A stretch of DNA of 64,000 nt from an uncultured Gammaproteobacteria bacterium (GCA_964517685.1 CAZFCF010000003.1:47706-111705), one strand, 5' to 3'. Shown: positions 38,928 to 49,945, counted from the stretch's first letter. A program made the numbers and translations. Notes: generated by a model not told the origin, from the letters alone.

Positions 38928-38958
38928 TAAAAGGGAGCTTTCGGGCTCCCTTTTTTTT
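38928..38958. terminator. bidirectional rho-independent terminator
   Basis: aaaagggagctttcgggctcccttttttttg: an A-tract, a 7-bp GC stem, then a T-tract. It serves both the + strand surface-protein gene and the - strand flagellin gene. Confidence 0.8.
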
Positions 38959-38990
38959 GTATTAAATCTCTTTCGAAATCGTAAATTGTT

Positions 38991-39938
38991 CTAACCTTTA
39001 ATAAGCTGTAGTGCTATTTGTGGAGTTGCATTCGCTTGAGAGAGCATCGCTGCGGCAGTTTGCTGCAGGATTTGGTTCTTGACTAAGATACTACTTTCTT
39101 GAGCAACGTCAACATCTTGGATACGCGATCTAGATGCTTCGGCGTTTTCTTTAGCAATGTCCATGTAGTCAGTTTTTGACTCCAGTGCATTTTGAGTAGC
39201 TCCTAGGTAAGATCTCATTCTAGAGATATTGTCGATAAGAGTATCAATATCACCAACCGAAGCGGCAACGTTAGTTGTGTGAGTAGCATAGTTAAGTGAA
39301 TTAACATTTGCACCACTAATTTGCAATCTATCTAAGGCAAAACCCGTAGTAGTGCCTTCAATGATGTGACCGTAATCAGTTGTACCGCCATCTGCCACTT
39401 CACTGATATCGATGTCGATACCATTGTTAGCTGCATACTCAGAACGTAGACTCAAAACAGTGGTCTGACTTGCATCAGCACCGGTTTGTAGAGTTAAGTC
39501 TGCAGATGAGGAATTGTTACTGCTAAGCAAGTTGATACCATTGAATTTTGTTGATCCAGAAATATCATTGATAACTTTAACTCGCTCGTTAATCTCTCTT
39601 TGTAGAGCGTCTTTCTCGTTAGTGCCGTTAGTTCCGTTGACACCTTGTACAACAAGTTCTCTAATTCTCTGTAAATTTTCTTGTATAACTTGCAAACCAC
39701 CTTCTGATGTTTGAATGAGTGAAATACCATCAGCGGCATTTTGTTTAGCTTTGTCAAGACCGCGAATAGTTGTTGTAAGCTTGTTTGCGATACTTAAGCC
39801 GGCTGCATCATCTGCTGCTCTGTTGATTCTGTAACCTGTAGATAAATGTTCGATATTTCTCTCAAGTCCCATAGTATTCATTCTTAATGCCCTTTGGGCG
39901 AAGATACTTTGTGTGTTTGTGTTTACTACTAATGCCAT
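38991..39938 (-). CDS. fliC: flagellin (copy 1)
   Basis: N-terminus MALVVNTNTQSIFAQRALRMNTMGLERNIEHLSTGYRINRAADDAAGLSIANKL and C-terminus QNQILQQTAAAMLSQANATPQIALQLI are canonical flagellin D0/D1 segments. Confidence 0.9.
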   Translation of the reverse strand: MALVVNTNTQSIFAQRALRMNTMGLERNIEHLSTGYRINRAADDAAGLSIANKLTTTIRGLDKAKQNAADGISLIQTSEGGLQVIQENLQRIRELVVQGVNGTNGTNEKDALQREINERVKVINDISGSTKFNGINLLSSNNSSSADLTLQTGADASQTTVLSLRSEYAANNGIDIDISEVADGGTTDYGHIIEGTTTGFALDRLQISGANVNSLNYATHTTNVAASVGDIDTLIDNISRMRSYLGATQNALESKTDYMDIAKENAEASRSRIQDVDVAQESSILVKNQILQQTAAAMLSQANATPQIALQLIKG

Positions 39939-40149
39939 AATTGTTTCCTGCTTAAAATATCGGAACTTTGCAGGCTAGCACAGTTAACCATTGAGACTAT
40001 TTGTTGGAGCCTAACCTCAGGAAATCTAGGCACAGTGAGCTAATTTAGTGTGCAGGACTAATCTAAAAAGACTATAGGCATGAGAATTTCATTGAAATCT
40101 CGATTGTTTAATCAGATTTTAATTTGATTTATTTACTATAACTCTAGCT

Positions 40150-40761
40150 ATGGTAAACATTTCGCCAACAGCCAAATCAAATATATCTAGGTTTCAATCT
40201 GCAGAGGCCCCGGCGGCATCTAATATTAGCTTAGCTGCTGCTAATAATCATGGAGCTAGAGTTAGCAATTTAATCGGTGGTGGTGCTGCAACTGGCTCTA
40301 CAGGCGGTTTAAACAATCCATCAGGTTCTTCACAAACCAAAAGCTCCAAGAGTTTTGCTCAACTCATTGATATGAGTCATTATACTGATACTTACAAAGA
40401 TTATACGGACAAGTCAAAGGAAGCAGAAAATGTTTTAAAAACATATGAATCTAAAGTAGCTACTGGTGATGCTCCTGATAATCCATCTCAATTTCATTCT
40501 TCATATTCAGAAATTCTTTCATTAAATACTTTAGAAGAGTTTTATAAACAAGAAACATTATTCTGGAAATCAGAACAGAGTTTTACTAGTGCCAATCCTG
40601 ATAAATTAACTAAGGGTAGAGCAGACTCCTATAGAAATCTCCAAGATTTAGAAAGCCGTTATGAAGAAGCTTTGATTGCAGGCAATACTATTAAAGCTGC
40701 AGATCTAAAAGGTGATATTAACGCAGCGAAACACAATCTCCAAGCGTCACAGACGGCTTAA
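40150..40761 (+). CDS. hypothetical protein within the flagellin locus (203 aa)
   Basis: ORF only. Ser/Gly/Ala-rich N-terminus, helical C-terminus. The stop overlaps the flagellin copy 2 stop by 4 bp (convergent). Confidence 0.35.
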   Translation: MVNISPTAKSNISRFQSAEAPAASNISLAAANNHGARVSNLIGGGAATGSTGGLNNPSGSSQTKSSKSFAQLIDMSHYTDTYKDYTDKSKEAENVLKTYESKVATGDAPDNPSQFHSSYSEILSLNTLEEFYKQETLFWKSEQSFTSANPDKLTKGRADSYRNLQDLESRYEEALIAGNTIKAADLKGDINAAKHNLQASQTA

Positions 40762-41693
40762 TTTGGTAATAGCGACAAGACTATTTGTGGAGTAGTATTT
40801 GCTTGAGTAAGCATGGCGGCAGCGGTTTGTTGCAAAATTTGGTTCTTCACTAGAATACTACTTTCACGGGCGACATCTACATCTTTAATTCTAGATCTAG
40901 AACTTTCAGAATTTTCACGAGCAATGTCAATAAAATTTACTTTTGATTCGAGAGCATTTTGTGAGGCACCAAGATACGATCTCATTCTGGAAATATTGTC
41001 TATCATTGCATCTAAATCATTAGCTGAAACAGCAACATTCGTTGTATGTGTAGCATAATTAAGCGAATTAACATTTGAACCATTTATGTATAAACGATCT
41101 AGAGCAAAGCCAATTGAAGTGCCTTCAATTAAGTGACCATAGTCAGTTGTACCACCATCTGCAACTTCGCTTATATCAATGTCAATCCCGATCTGGGATT
41201 GAACTCCAGATTCAAATTTAATTTCTGAATTTTGTCCATTTACAGTTCCAGTTTGTAAGATTCGATCTGTAGTCCCTGCAAGCAAACTAATTCCATTAAA
41301 TTGAGTTGCTTGAGATATATCAGAAATAATTTTAATCCTTTCGTTTATTTCTCTTTGTAGAGCACCTTTTTCGTTAGAGCTATAAGTGCCGCTTGTACCT
41401 TGGATAACCAATTCCCTGATTCTTTGTAAGTTTTCTTGGATTACTTCTAAGCCACCCTCAGCTGTCTGTAGCATTGAAACACCGTCGCCAGCGTTCTGCA
41501 TAGCTTTCTCTAAGCCTTTTAATTCAGTAGTTATTTTATTACTGATACTTAAACCTGCCGCATCATCGGCAGCTCTATTTATTCTAAAACCTGTAGACAA
41601 ATGTTCGATATTTGCCTTTAAACCATCGGTGTTAACTCTCAGTGCTCTTTGAGCAAAAAGACTTTGAGTATTGGTGTTGATTGATAATCCCAC
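40758..41693 (-). CDS. fliC: flagellin (copy 2, divergent paralog)
   Basis: MGLSINTNTQSLFAQRALRVNTDGLKANIEHLSTGFRINRAADDAAGLSISNKI...LTQANTTPQIVLSLL. Conserved termini with a diverged central domain. Confidence 0.9.
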   Translation of the reverse strand: MGLSINTNTQSLFAQRALRVNTDGLKANIEHLSTGFRINRAADDAAGLSISNKITTELKGLEKAMQNAGDGVSMLQTAEGGLEVIQENLQRIRELVIQGTSGTYSSNEKGALQREINERIKIISDISQATQFNGISLLAGTTDRILQTGTVNGQNSEIKFESGVQSQIGIDIDISEVADGGTTDYGHLIEGTSIGFALDRLYINGSNVNSLNYATHTTNVAVSANDLDAMIDNISRMRSYLGASQNALESKVNFIDIARENSESSRSRIKDVDVARESSILVKNQILQQTAAAMLTQANTTPQIVLSLLPN

Positions 41694-41823
41694 TCATCTA
41701 CTATTCACCCGAGGGACTAAGATCTAAATCAGCCCCCAGACTGATTTTCATGGTTAAATGCAGTTAATTAGTCTCAAAGTCCTAGATTAAAAGGACTGTT
41801 TTATTTATTTTGAAAATTCTAAT

Positions 41824-41856
41824 ACAAAAAATAGAGAGCCCCGTAAGGGGCTCTCT
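41824..41856 (-). terminator. rho-independent terminator for flagellin copy 3
   Basis: agagagccccgtaaggggctctct is a perfect 10-bp stem, followed on the minus strand by a T-run. Confidence 0.75.
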
Positions 41857-41936
41857 AAGTGGGGTGGGGAGGGAATCGTCAGTTTCTACCCTTTTTATCA
41901 ACTATGCTAGGCATAGTTAAAATCTATAAGTCGAAT

Positions 41937-42887
41937 TTAGCCGCCTTTAATAAGCTGTAGTGCTATTTGTGGGGTTGCGTTCGCTTGCGAGAGCATCGCT
42001 GCGGCAGTTTGCTGCAGGATTTGGTTCTTGACTAAGATGCTACTTTCTTGAGCAACGTCAACATCTTGGATACGCGATCTAGATGCTTCGGCGTTTTCTT
42101 TAGCAATGTCCATGTAGTCAGTTTTTGACTCCAGTGCATTTTGAGTAGCTCCTAGGTAAGATCTCATTCTAGAGATATTGTCGATAAGAGTATCAATATC
42201 ACCAACCGAAGCGGCAACGTTAGTTGTGTGAGTAGCATAGTTAAGTGAATTAACATTTGCACCACTAATTTGCAATCTATCTAAGGCAAAACCCGTAGTA
42301 GTGCCTTCAATGATGTGACCGTAATCAGTTGTACCGCCATCTGCCACTTCACTGATATCGATGTCGATACCATTGTTAGCTGCATACTCAGAACGTAGAC
42401 TCAAAACAGTGGTCTGACTTGCATCAGCACCGGTTTGTAGAGTTAAGTCTGCAGATGAGGAATTGTTACTGCTAAGCAAGTTGATACCATTGAATTTTGT
42501 TGATCCAGAAATATCATTGATAACTTTAACTCGCTCGTTAATCTCTCTTTGTAGAGCGTCTTTCTCGTTAGTGCCGTTAGTTCCGTTGACACCTTGTACA
42601 ACAAGTTCTCTAATTCTCTGTAAATTTTCTTGTATAACTTGCAAACCACCTTCTGATGTTTGAATGAGTGAAATACCATCAGCGGCATTTTGTTTAGCTT
42701 TGTCAAGACCGCGAATAGTTGTTGTAAGCTTGTTTGCGATACTTAAGCCGGCTGCATCATCTGCTGCTCTGTTGATTCTGTAACCTGTAGATAAATGTTC
42801 GATATTTCTCTCAAGTCCCATAGTATTCATTCTTAATGCCCTTTGGGCGAAGATACTTTGTGTGTTTGTGTTTACTACTAATGCCAT
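41937..42887 (-). CDS. fliC: flagellin (copy 3, near-identical to copy 1)
   Basis: Coding sequence essentially identical to 38991-39938 over about 950 bp, with a few substitutions at the 3' end. Flanking DNA is unrelated. Confidence 0.9.
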   Translation of the reverse strand: MALVVNTNTQSIFAQRALRMNTMGLERNIEHLSTGYRINRAADDAAGLSIANKLTTTIRGLDKAKQNAADGISLIQTSEGGLQVIQENLQRIRELVVQGVNGTNGTNEKDALQREINERVKVINDISGSTKFNGINLLSSNNSSSADLTLQTGADASQTTVLSLRSEYAANNGIDIDISEVADGGTTDYGHIIEGTTTGFALDRLQISGANVNSLNYATHTTNVAASVGDIDTLIDNISRMRSYLGATQNALESKTDYMDIAKENAEASRSRIQDVDVAQESSILVKNQILQQTAAAMLSQANATPQIALQLIKGG

Positions 42888-43025
42888 GATTTCTATCCTC
42901 TCGTTTATCCCCGTAGTGGTGATTTATTACTGACATTTTGATTTATCGGAATCGCCATGGAGATCTAAGTCGGTCGAATACCTTAATTTTTTCTTCAAAT
43001 AGTACATGAGTACTAGTACTAATAG

Positions 43026-44378
<1,353 letters not shown>

Positions 44379-44379
44379 G

Positions 44380-45114
44380 TTACATCTTAAATTGAAAATG
44401 CTCTAAGGCTTTCTCGTAATCTTCTTGAGTATCGATGCCTATTGGCTTATAATTCGTCTCAAGTATTTTGATTTTGATGCCGTTTTCAAGTGCGCGTAAT
44501 TGCTCTAACTTTTCTAGGTTTTCTAGTTTAGTTCTTGGCAAGTTTGAGATCATCATTAGTGTCTCGCGACGATATGCATAGATACCAATGTGTTTTTTAT
44601 AAGAGTTTTGTCCACTTGCATCACGATCAAAAGGAATCGCAGCGCGTGAAAAATATAAGGCACAACCATTTATATCAGTAACGACTTTTACATTATTAGG
44701 ATTGTTAATTTCATCCAAGTCAGCTACTTTATGAAACAAGCTTGCCATCTGCATTTTAGGGTCATGTTTGAAAAGTTCTATTAATCTATCTATATCTTCT
44801 GGATTAATAAAAGGCTCGTCACCTTGTACGTTGATGATCAACTCCCAGTCGTGATTTTTGCCAGCAAGCTCGGCAAGCCTATCTGTACCTGATTGATGTT
44901 CGGTAGAAGTCATGAATGTATGTGAGCAGAACTTCTTAGCAACTTGATAAATCTCATCATTATCAGTTGCAATGCAAACCAAATCAGCAAGAGTTGCTTG
45001 AGATGCTCTATCGTAAACACGCTCAAGAATTGTTTTACCACCAAGATCCAAAAGCAATTTACCAGTTAATCTGGTACTTGCATGGCGAGCTGGGATAATG
45101 ATTGCTGTGCGCAT
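44380..45114 (-). CDS. kdsB: 3-deoxy-manno-octulosonate cytidylyltransferase (CMP-Kdo synthetase, KdsB)
   Basis: MRTAIIIPARHASTRLTGKLLLDLGGK...NVQGDEP is the KdsB signature. 244 aa. Confidence 0.8.
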   Translation of the reverse strand: MRTAIIIPARHASTRLTGKLLLDLGGKTILERVYDRASQATLADLVCIATDNDEIYQVAKKFCSHTFMTSTEHQSGTDRLAELAGKNHDWELIINVQGDEPFINPEDIDRLIELFKHDPKMQMASLFHKVADLDEINNPNNVKVVTDINGCALYFSRAAIPFDRDASGQNSYKKHIGIYAYRRETLMMISNLPRTKLENLEKLEQLRALENGIKIKILETNYKPIGIDTQEDYEKALEHFQFKM

Positions 45115-45128
45115 GATTCAATTATAGA

Positions 45129-46112
45129 TTAAATAAACTGATACTTCGTCTGATTTTTATCTCCGTGTTTTTTGACTAATTTGAGTTTGCAAGCTTCAAG
45201 AAGATCTCTGCTGGCTGTAGCGCTGGAAATAGATTTTTGAATTTCGCTGTATTCTTTGCGGCTGAACTCTTTATTGCCCAAAGCTTGTTTTGCATATTGG
45301 ATTCTGTCTTGAAAGCTAATTTCTGGAATTTTATATTCTTTAGAATATTCATCTAAAGTTTTTTTGATGATGTTTAACATGAATTCAATAAATAAACTTG
45401 AATCACCTGCTTTATCGCAATTGCCAAGCACTTTATAATATTCTTTTTGCTCGGCTTTGATGAGAGATTCGATAGGCAGATATTCAAAGATTGGATTGGA
45501 TTCTGCAAGCATCAGGCTTTGCCAAAAACGTCCAAGGCGCCCATTGCCATCACTGAAAGGATGTATAAATTCAAATTCATAATGAAAGACTGAACTTTTT
45601 ATCAAAATGTGATCATCACTATGTTTGAGATAATGAAATAAATCGCCCATGAGCTTCGGCAGCATTTTTGGTTGTGGACCAATATGAGTAACTTGTTTGC
45701 CTTTAAAGATGCCGACATTTTTAAGACGATATTTGCCAGCATCAGGGATTAAATTCTGCATCATTAATTGATGAGCTTTGAGTAAAGATTTCTCTGAACT
45801 ACTCTTTAATTGCGGCATGTACTCATATGCTTTAATAGCATTTTGAATTTCTAATATTTCTTGTTGCGGTCCAAGAATTTTTTTGCCATCAATGATTGCA
45901 GAAACTTGATCGAGATCTAGACTATTCCCTTCGATTGAGAGATTGGCTTGAATAGACCTTGCTCTATTTTTACGTCTTAGTTCAATATTAGGCTTTGCAT
46001 TATTTGGTAAAAATCCACTTAATTGCCCGAGCAGATTTTCAATCTGTCCTATCAGCTTAATCATATTGGAACTGATGGTATAAGGGGGTTTCATACTTAT
46101 AATTATACCCAA
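45129..46112 (-). CDS. Fic-family protein (AMPylation-type motif present)
   Basis: Canonical Fic motif HPFSDGNGRLGR. An upstream LSIEGNSL segment resembles the intramolecular inhibitory helix. 327 aa. Confidence 0.75.
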   Translation of the reverse strand: MGIIISMKPPYTISSNMIKLIGQIENLLGQLSGFLPNNAKPNIELRRKNRARSIQANLSIEGNSLDLDQVSAIIDGKKILGPQQEILEIQNAIKAYEYMPQLKSSSEKSLLKAHQLMMQNLIPDAGKYRLKNVGIFKGKQVTHIGPQPKMLPKLMGDLFHYLKHSDDHILIKSSVFHYEFEFIHPFSDGNGRLGRFWQSLMLAESNPIFEYLPIESLIKAEQKEYYKVLGNCDKAGDSSLFIEFMLNIIKKTLDEYSKEYKIPEISFQDRIQYAKQALGNKEFSRKEYSEIQKSISSATASRDLLEACKLKLVKKHGDKNQTKYQFI

Positions 46113-46183
46113 TTTCCAAGGATGATAGTATCATCTGATACTATCACGTGATACTATACATAGGTTCGACTTAAGGCAAATTC

Positions 46184-46255
46184 TGTCATTCAGAGCACGC
46201 GGAAGCGTGCGTAGGAATCCAGCGCGGGGAGATTGCTTCGCTTCGCTCGCAATGA
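46184..46255. mobile_element. RPE-like MITE (family A variant) copy, intergenic
   Basis: ctgtcattcagagcacgcggaagcgtgcgtaggaatccagcgcggggagattgcttcgcttcgctcgcaatgac. Confidence 0.7.
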
Positions 46256-46261
46256 CAAAAC

Positions 46262-47062
46262 TTAAAACCTAGAATGCTCTAGAACTTTATCAGCACCAAA
46301 AAATTCATCGCTAGGAATTTTTTCAATTAAAGTGAAAAGTAATTTACGAAGATTTTCGATATTCTGTCCGAATACTTTAATTACTTCAGAGTGACTAACT
46401 GGAGCTGCACCAGTTGCTACACCTGAGTCGTAGTCAGTGATTAAAGAGATATTCACTGCAGCCATTCCAGCTTCACGCACTAAATGAGCTTCTGGGTATT
46501 GAGTCATATTGATTACTTCCCAGCCCATTTTGTGGAACCATTCAGATTCTGCTCTGGAGCTGAATCTTGGACCATTGATAACTACTACAGTGCCGCGCTC
46601 GTGTACTGGAATGCCATGCTCTTTTGCTGCAGCAATTGCCAGCTTACGGAGCTCAGGAGTATAAGGCTCTGCTGGACTTACGTGCGTAGCAATTGGTCCA
46701 TCAAAAAAAGTATCTAAACGTGAATGAGTTCTATCAACCCATTGATCTGCAATCACAAATTCACCTGGCTTAACATGCGCTTGCAAACTACCTGCCGCGC
46801 AAGGACAGATTACTGTTGAGCAACCAAGCTCTTTAAAAGCCCAGACATTAGCTCTGTAATTGATTTTGTGAGGTGGAATTCTATGATGACGATCATGTCT
46901 TGGCAAAAAGGCTACAGTTTTACCGCCATGTTCACCGATAAAGACTTGATCCGAGGGCGATCCATAAGGAGTTTCTACCGTAAGTTCCTTAACATTATCC
47001 AGGAAGGCATAAAGTCCGCTTCCACCAAAAATCCCTATATCTGCACGTTTATTTCTTGCCAT
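46262..47062 (-). CDS. mtnP: S-methyl-5'-thioadenosine phosphorylase (MtnP/MTAP, PNP family 2)
   Basis: ADIGIFGGSGLY N-terminus, HGGKTVAFLPRHDRHH, and a conserved C-terminal region. 266 aa. Confidence 0.8.
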   Translation of the reverse strand: MARNKRADIGIFGGSGLYAFLDNVKELTVETPYGSPSDQVFIGEHGGKTVAFLPRHDRHHRIPPHKINYRANVWAFKELGCSTVICPCAAGSLQAHVKPGEFVIADQWVDRTHSRLDTFFDGPIATHVSPAEPYTPELRKLAIAAAKEHGIPVHERGTVVVINGPRFSSRAESEWFHKMGWEVINMTQYPEAHLVREAGMAAVNISLITDYDSGVATGAAPVSHSEVIKVFGQNIENLRKLLFTLIEKIPSDEFFGADKVLEHSRF

Positions 47063-47097
47063 AACTCAAAAAATACTAGCATGTATGAAATTTTCTG

Positions 47098-47724
47098 CTA
47101 AGCGTAAGCAGGATCAACAACTTTTGAAAATTTTCTAATGCTATTTAAAAATTCAAAAGCAGTATCAAAAGCTTGAATTACACTATGGTCAGGTCTCGAC
47201 GGGAAGGATTCAAGTAAAGCATCCAGATCAAAAATTTCGGAATCTTCGCAGTGTTCAAAGTGAAAATCAGCTTCATGCTTAAGGAAGTTATTGAACTCTT
47301 CTAAGCTTGTATTTGCCGGCAAGTTGCTTGCAAGAAGTTGGAATAATAATGTTTTTAAGGGAGCTACATTGAATTGCGTTTTTTCTGCAAGAGTATTTAA
47401 AGCTTTTATAGTTGGGTTATTTTCATCAATAACAGTTTGCTTTATAAATCTTCCTTTTGTGATAAGGTGAATTCCTTTGTTTGTAACGAAGTCACGAAGT
47501 CCATCTCTTACTTCTTGCAAATCAGCTTGTTCCGTTTTAGGGTATCTGTGTAAAGTTTTAATCCCTGTGTATTTAGCAATCTTGTTATCAATAGCCTGAT
47601 CTATCATTGGAGCTAATTTGGTCATCATTTCAAAAGTGATCTGCTGTGTTTGAGCGCCATCCCTGGTTGTTGAATTAATAAAATCTCCTCGTCTATTCTC
47701 TAATGTTTTTGCAATTGATACCAT
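47098..47724 (-). CDS. hypothetical protein (208 aa)
   Basis: ORF only. Confidence 0.35.
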   Translation of the reverse strand: MVSIAKTLENRRGDFINSTTRDGAQTQQITFEMMTKLAPMIDQAIDNKIAKYTGIKTLHRYPKTEQADLQEVRDGLRDFVTNKGIHLITKGRFIKQTVIDENNPTIKALNTLAEKTQFNVAPLKTLLFQLLASNLPANTSLEEFNNFLKHEADFHFEHCEDSEIFDLDALLESFPSRPDHSVIQAFDTAFEFLNSIRKFSKVVDPAYA

Positions 47725-47890
47725 ATTTAGTATTATATTATTTTTTTATAATCCTGATGCCTTAATAACGTTTGGAAATACCTTTAAATAGTCTTTTTTA
47801 GAGAATTAAGGGGTTCTTGAGGATCTTTAAGAATTGTTCTGACGATTTTCTTGCAATCCGCCACTTAAAGTTAATATAATTATCAATCTA

Positions 47891-48187
47891 ATGAAAAACT
47901 ACGAACTATTTTTAATTCTAAATTCTAAGAAAGACGAGGCCGCAGCTCAAAAAGCAATTCGTGAGGTTGAGGTTGTATTGAACAAATATGGCGCTAAGCT
48001 TCTAAAAAACAACGGTGGTGAGAATGCAAGATTAGCTCATCAAATCAATAAAAGAATTGATTCTTACCAAGCGGTTCTTGAAATTCAAGCTGAAGAGAAA
48101 GATTTGGCTGAGATTAGAAAGCAATTAGCTCTTGTAGAAGATGTATTACGTGCAGGTTTCTTTGCACTACAACCAGTAGCAGCTTAG
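47891..48187 (+). CDS. rpsF: 30S ribosomal protein S6
   Basis: MKNYELFLILNSKKDEAAAQ...GGENARLAHQINKR matches the bS6 pattern (compare MRHYEIVFMVHPD...RRQLAYPINK). 98 aa. Confidence 0.75.
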   Translation: MKNYELFLILNSKKDEAAAQKAIREVEVVLNKYGAKLLKNNGGENARLAHQINKRIDSYQAVLEIQAEEKDLAEIRKQLALVEDVLRAGFFALQPVAA

Positions 48188-48217
48188 TTTCTAAATTTAT
48201 AAAAGGGATTCCAAAAC

Positions 48218-48652
48218 ATGTCATTTACTTCTGTAACGCTTTCTGGGACTATCAAGAAAGATGCTCAACAAAAATTTACTCCTAACAACACTTCTGTAGT
48301 TAGCTTTATGATGGATACTTTGCGCTACGATGGCAAAGCTAAAGAAGAGAAAGCTTATCCAGTTAAAGTTAATATGTGGGGCGACAGCTTCACTGATATG
48401 GTTCCTGAATTAACTCAAGGAACTAGAGTGGTTGTGATGGGTAGATTGCAAATTGAGCAATATACTGACAAAACTGGCAAGAATGTTAGAGTTCTTTGTA
48501 TTGAAGCTAACCGTGTAAGCAAAATGAGCGAAGTTGCAGCTGGGTCTAAAACTGCTTCAGCAAGTAGCTTTGATGAAGATGAATTAACTACTGCGGGTGC
48601 TAGAAGCTCAACTCAAACTGATGCCTATGCAGACCAAGAAGTACCTTTCTAG
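48218..48652 (+). CDS. ssb: single-stranded DNA-binding protein (SSB)
   Basis: OB-fold core (VTLSGTI...VVSFMMDT...VKVNMWGD...VVVMGRLQIEQYTDKTGKNVRVLCIEANRV) and an acidic C-terminal tail ending DQEVPF. Follows rpsF. Confidence 0.75.
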   Translation: MSFTSVTLSGTIKKDAQQKFTPNNTSVVSFMMDTLRYDGKAKEEKAYPVKVNMWGDSFTDMVPELTQGTRVVVMGRLQIEQYTDKTGKNVRVLCIEANRVSKMSEVAAGSKTASASSFDEDELTTAGARSSTQTDAYADQEVPF

Positions 48653-48993
48653 TAACCAGTAACTAAAATTTTCTCATCACTAAGTTTTTTACCAGTAGCC
48701 TTAATCGGCTTATTGAATTTTTTATTAGGGAGCTGCTCACCAGAGATTTTATAACAAGCTTTGCTTGAAACATATTTCATTTCCATCTCGCCCGCTTTAG
48801 AATTCAGTTTATCGAGAGCAATCTCTGAAAGATATTTAGCTCTTAGGTTGCCTTTTTCGTCTTCTAGTATTTCTATGGAATCACTGAGTTTAGTATTGGT
48901 GGTATTTAAAGCAATATTTACTAAACTGGTAACGGCTATAACAATAGCTAAGCACGCAGAAATTGGTATTAGGATATTGTTTTTTGGAGCCAC
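48649..48993 (-). CDS. putative cell-division protein FtsL-like (single-TM, downstream of rsmH)
   Basis: 114 aa with a single TM helix (ILIPISACLAIVIAVTSLV) followed by a coiled-coil. Sits where ftsL follows rsmH in dcw clusters. Confidence 0.4.
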   Translation of the reverse strand: MAPKNNILIPISACLAIVIAVTSLVNIALNTTNTKLSDSIEILEDEKGNLRAKYLSEIALDKLNSKAGEMEMKYVSSKACYKISGEQLPNKKFNKPIKATGKKLSDEKILVTGY

Positions 48994-49002
48994 AATAACA
49001 TC

Positions 49003-49881
49003 TTAAACCACCTCGGCGATTCTGAGTTTGGCACTGCGTGAACGCGGATTTAGCTTCATCTCTTCCTCACTGGCTTCTATAGGTTTTTTGCTAAGAATTT
49101 TTAGACGCATATTATCGCGGAAAGCATTTTTAACGATTCTATCTTCAAGTGAATGGAAGGAAATTATGGCGATCCTTGCACCAGGTATATAAACTTCTGG
49201 GTCAAGCTTTAACACTTCTTCAAGTACTTTAAGTTCTCGGTTTACATAGATTCGTAGTGCTTGAAAAGTTTTGGTAGCTGGATGAGTTTTGAAATAGTTC
49301 TTCTTATAACTACGGGCATAGCAAGACTCAATAATTTTTGCAAGTTCATTGCAAGTAGAAATTGGTCTGCGTCTAACAATGGCACTTGCTATTTGTCTGG
49401 ATTTTCTCTCTTCGCCATATTCAAAAATTATATCTGCAAGTTCTTTCTCGTTATATTTATTTACTACTGTCTCTGCATCAAGCTGGGCATCTGGGTTTAA
49501 GCGCATATCGAGCGGGCCTTCGCTGAAGAAACTAAAACCTCTTTCTGGATCATCAAGCTGTATGCTGCTCAAACCTAGATCTAATAAAAGACCACCATCG
49601 ATCTTAATGTCATTTTCTTTGCAGTAATCAGCAATAGCTTCGAAGTTATCATGCACTAAAGTCCAATTAGAAAACTTCTGATTCTCCTCTTCTTGTTTTT
49701 CAATAACACCGCCATCTTGATCGAAGGATAATAAAGTTCCTGTGCCTGAGAGCTGCTCCAAAATTAGCTTTGAATGACCTGCACCACCAAGCGTGCCATC
49801 TACATAAACTTTATTTTTTTCAATATTCAAACCATCGATTACCTCTTTGGCTAGTACTGGAATATGGCTAAATTCACTCAT
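49003..49881 (-). CDS. rsmH: 16S rRNA (cytosine1402-N4)-methyltransferase RsmH (MraW)
   Basis: HIPVLAKEVIDGLNIEKNKVYVDGTLGGAGHS; SAM-binding motifs. 292 aa. Confidence 0.85.
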   Translation of the reverse strand: MSEFSHIPVLAKEVIDGLNIEKNKVYVDGTLGGAGHSKLILEQLSGTGTLLSFDQDGGVIEKQEEENQKFSNWTLVHDNFEAIADYCKENDIKIDGGLLLDLGLSSIQLDDPERGFSFFSEGPLDMRLNPDAQLDAETVVNKYNEKELADIIFEYGEERKSRQIASAIVRRRPISTCNELAKIIESCYARSYKKNYFKTHPATKTFQALRIYVNRELKVLEEVLKLDPEVYIPGARIAIISFHSLEDRIVKNAFRDNMRLKILSKKPIEASEEEMKLNPRSRSAKLRIAEVV

Positions 49882-49907
49882 TGTGTATTAGTAATTGTAT
49901 AAGACAA

Positions 49908-49945
49908 TGTCATTGTGAGGAGTGAAACGACGAAGCAATCCCCCC
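49908..49945. mobile_element. RPE-like MITE (family A) left half-element
   Basis: tgtcattgtgaggagtgaaacgacgaagcaatccccc. Confidence 0.65.
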
